Shown: positions 63,801-64,000 of the stretch, piece by piece | Numbering within the stretch: the stretch's first letter is position 1 | Layout: every line of letters starts with the position of its first letter | DNA from: Polymyxa betae A26-41 | Lineage: Eukaryota; Protista; Endomyxa: Phytomyxea | Reading direction: 5' to 3' | Length of the DNA: 64,000 bases | NCBI GenBank assembly: GCA_003693705.1 | Contig: RBZT01000768.1 | Location: 1-64,000, forward strand | The notes under the pieces: model-generated | What the model saw: only the letters and a program-made list of their open reading frames with translations | Databases searched by the model: none | Told to the model about the DNA's origin: nothing | Position numbers and translations under genes: made by a program

Positions 63801-64000
63801 CCACCATCATGCAGAGTTCACATCCAGAATCCACCGAAGCGTTGAGTCACGATGCCGCTTGGGGCTCCCTTCCGATGATCTGCGAGCGAGAACCGCCAAA
63901 CTCCAAATCCCTTTCCGAAGGTATCGCTATTGGTAGATCTCCTCGATGTTGGCCGTAATGGAATCGATGGCCCAGAACAAGCGCGCTATCGTGGCGCCGG

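Overview
Gene-dense eukaryotic nuclear DNA with many short (~40-70 nt) GT-AG introns, so the ORF track breaks most genes into pieces. Intron size, gene density, a CBM18 chitin-binding gene and TTTTAGGG/TTTAGGG motifs suggest a protist such as a plasmodiophorid (inference only). Hand splicing gives about 20 genes: a RAD51D-like paralog with a destroyed Walker A, a divergent CLU/TPR protein, a secreted GPI-type CBM18 protein, NOP6, PI31, a stand-alone possibly secreted BPL_N/GATase, a small secreted His/Asp peptide, an FBXO15-like F-box protein, INCENP, an LSD1-zinc-finger/HMG-box protein, CHCHD2/Mic17, SPOUT1, eRF3, TM9SF, eIF1, ATR, an XPG/FEN1-like nuclease, WDR53 and a helical-repeat protein. 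The standout is a ~13.6 kb minus-strand gene (11320-24965) with the layout cyclase pair - STAND - TPR - STAND - TPR - dead cyclase pair - STAND - TPR. This is a triple-STAND, soluble-cyclase-like receptor whose specificity residues point to cGMP. An accessory tract at 38.7-43.7 kb holds a hAT-type MITE, a pogo-like end, a frameshifted pseudogene, a foreign-looking A-rich insert and clustered GTACTGGCCC and telo-box motifs. No tRNA, rRNA or CRISPR array was recognised. All exon structures are manual and approximate.
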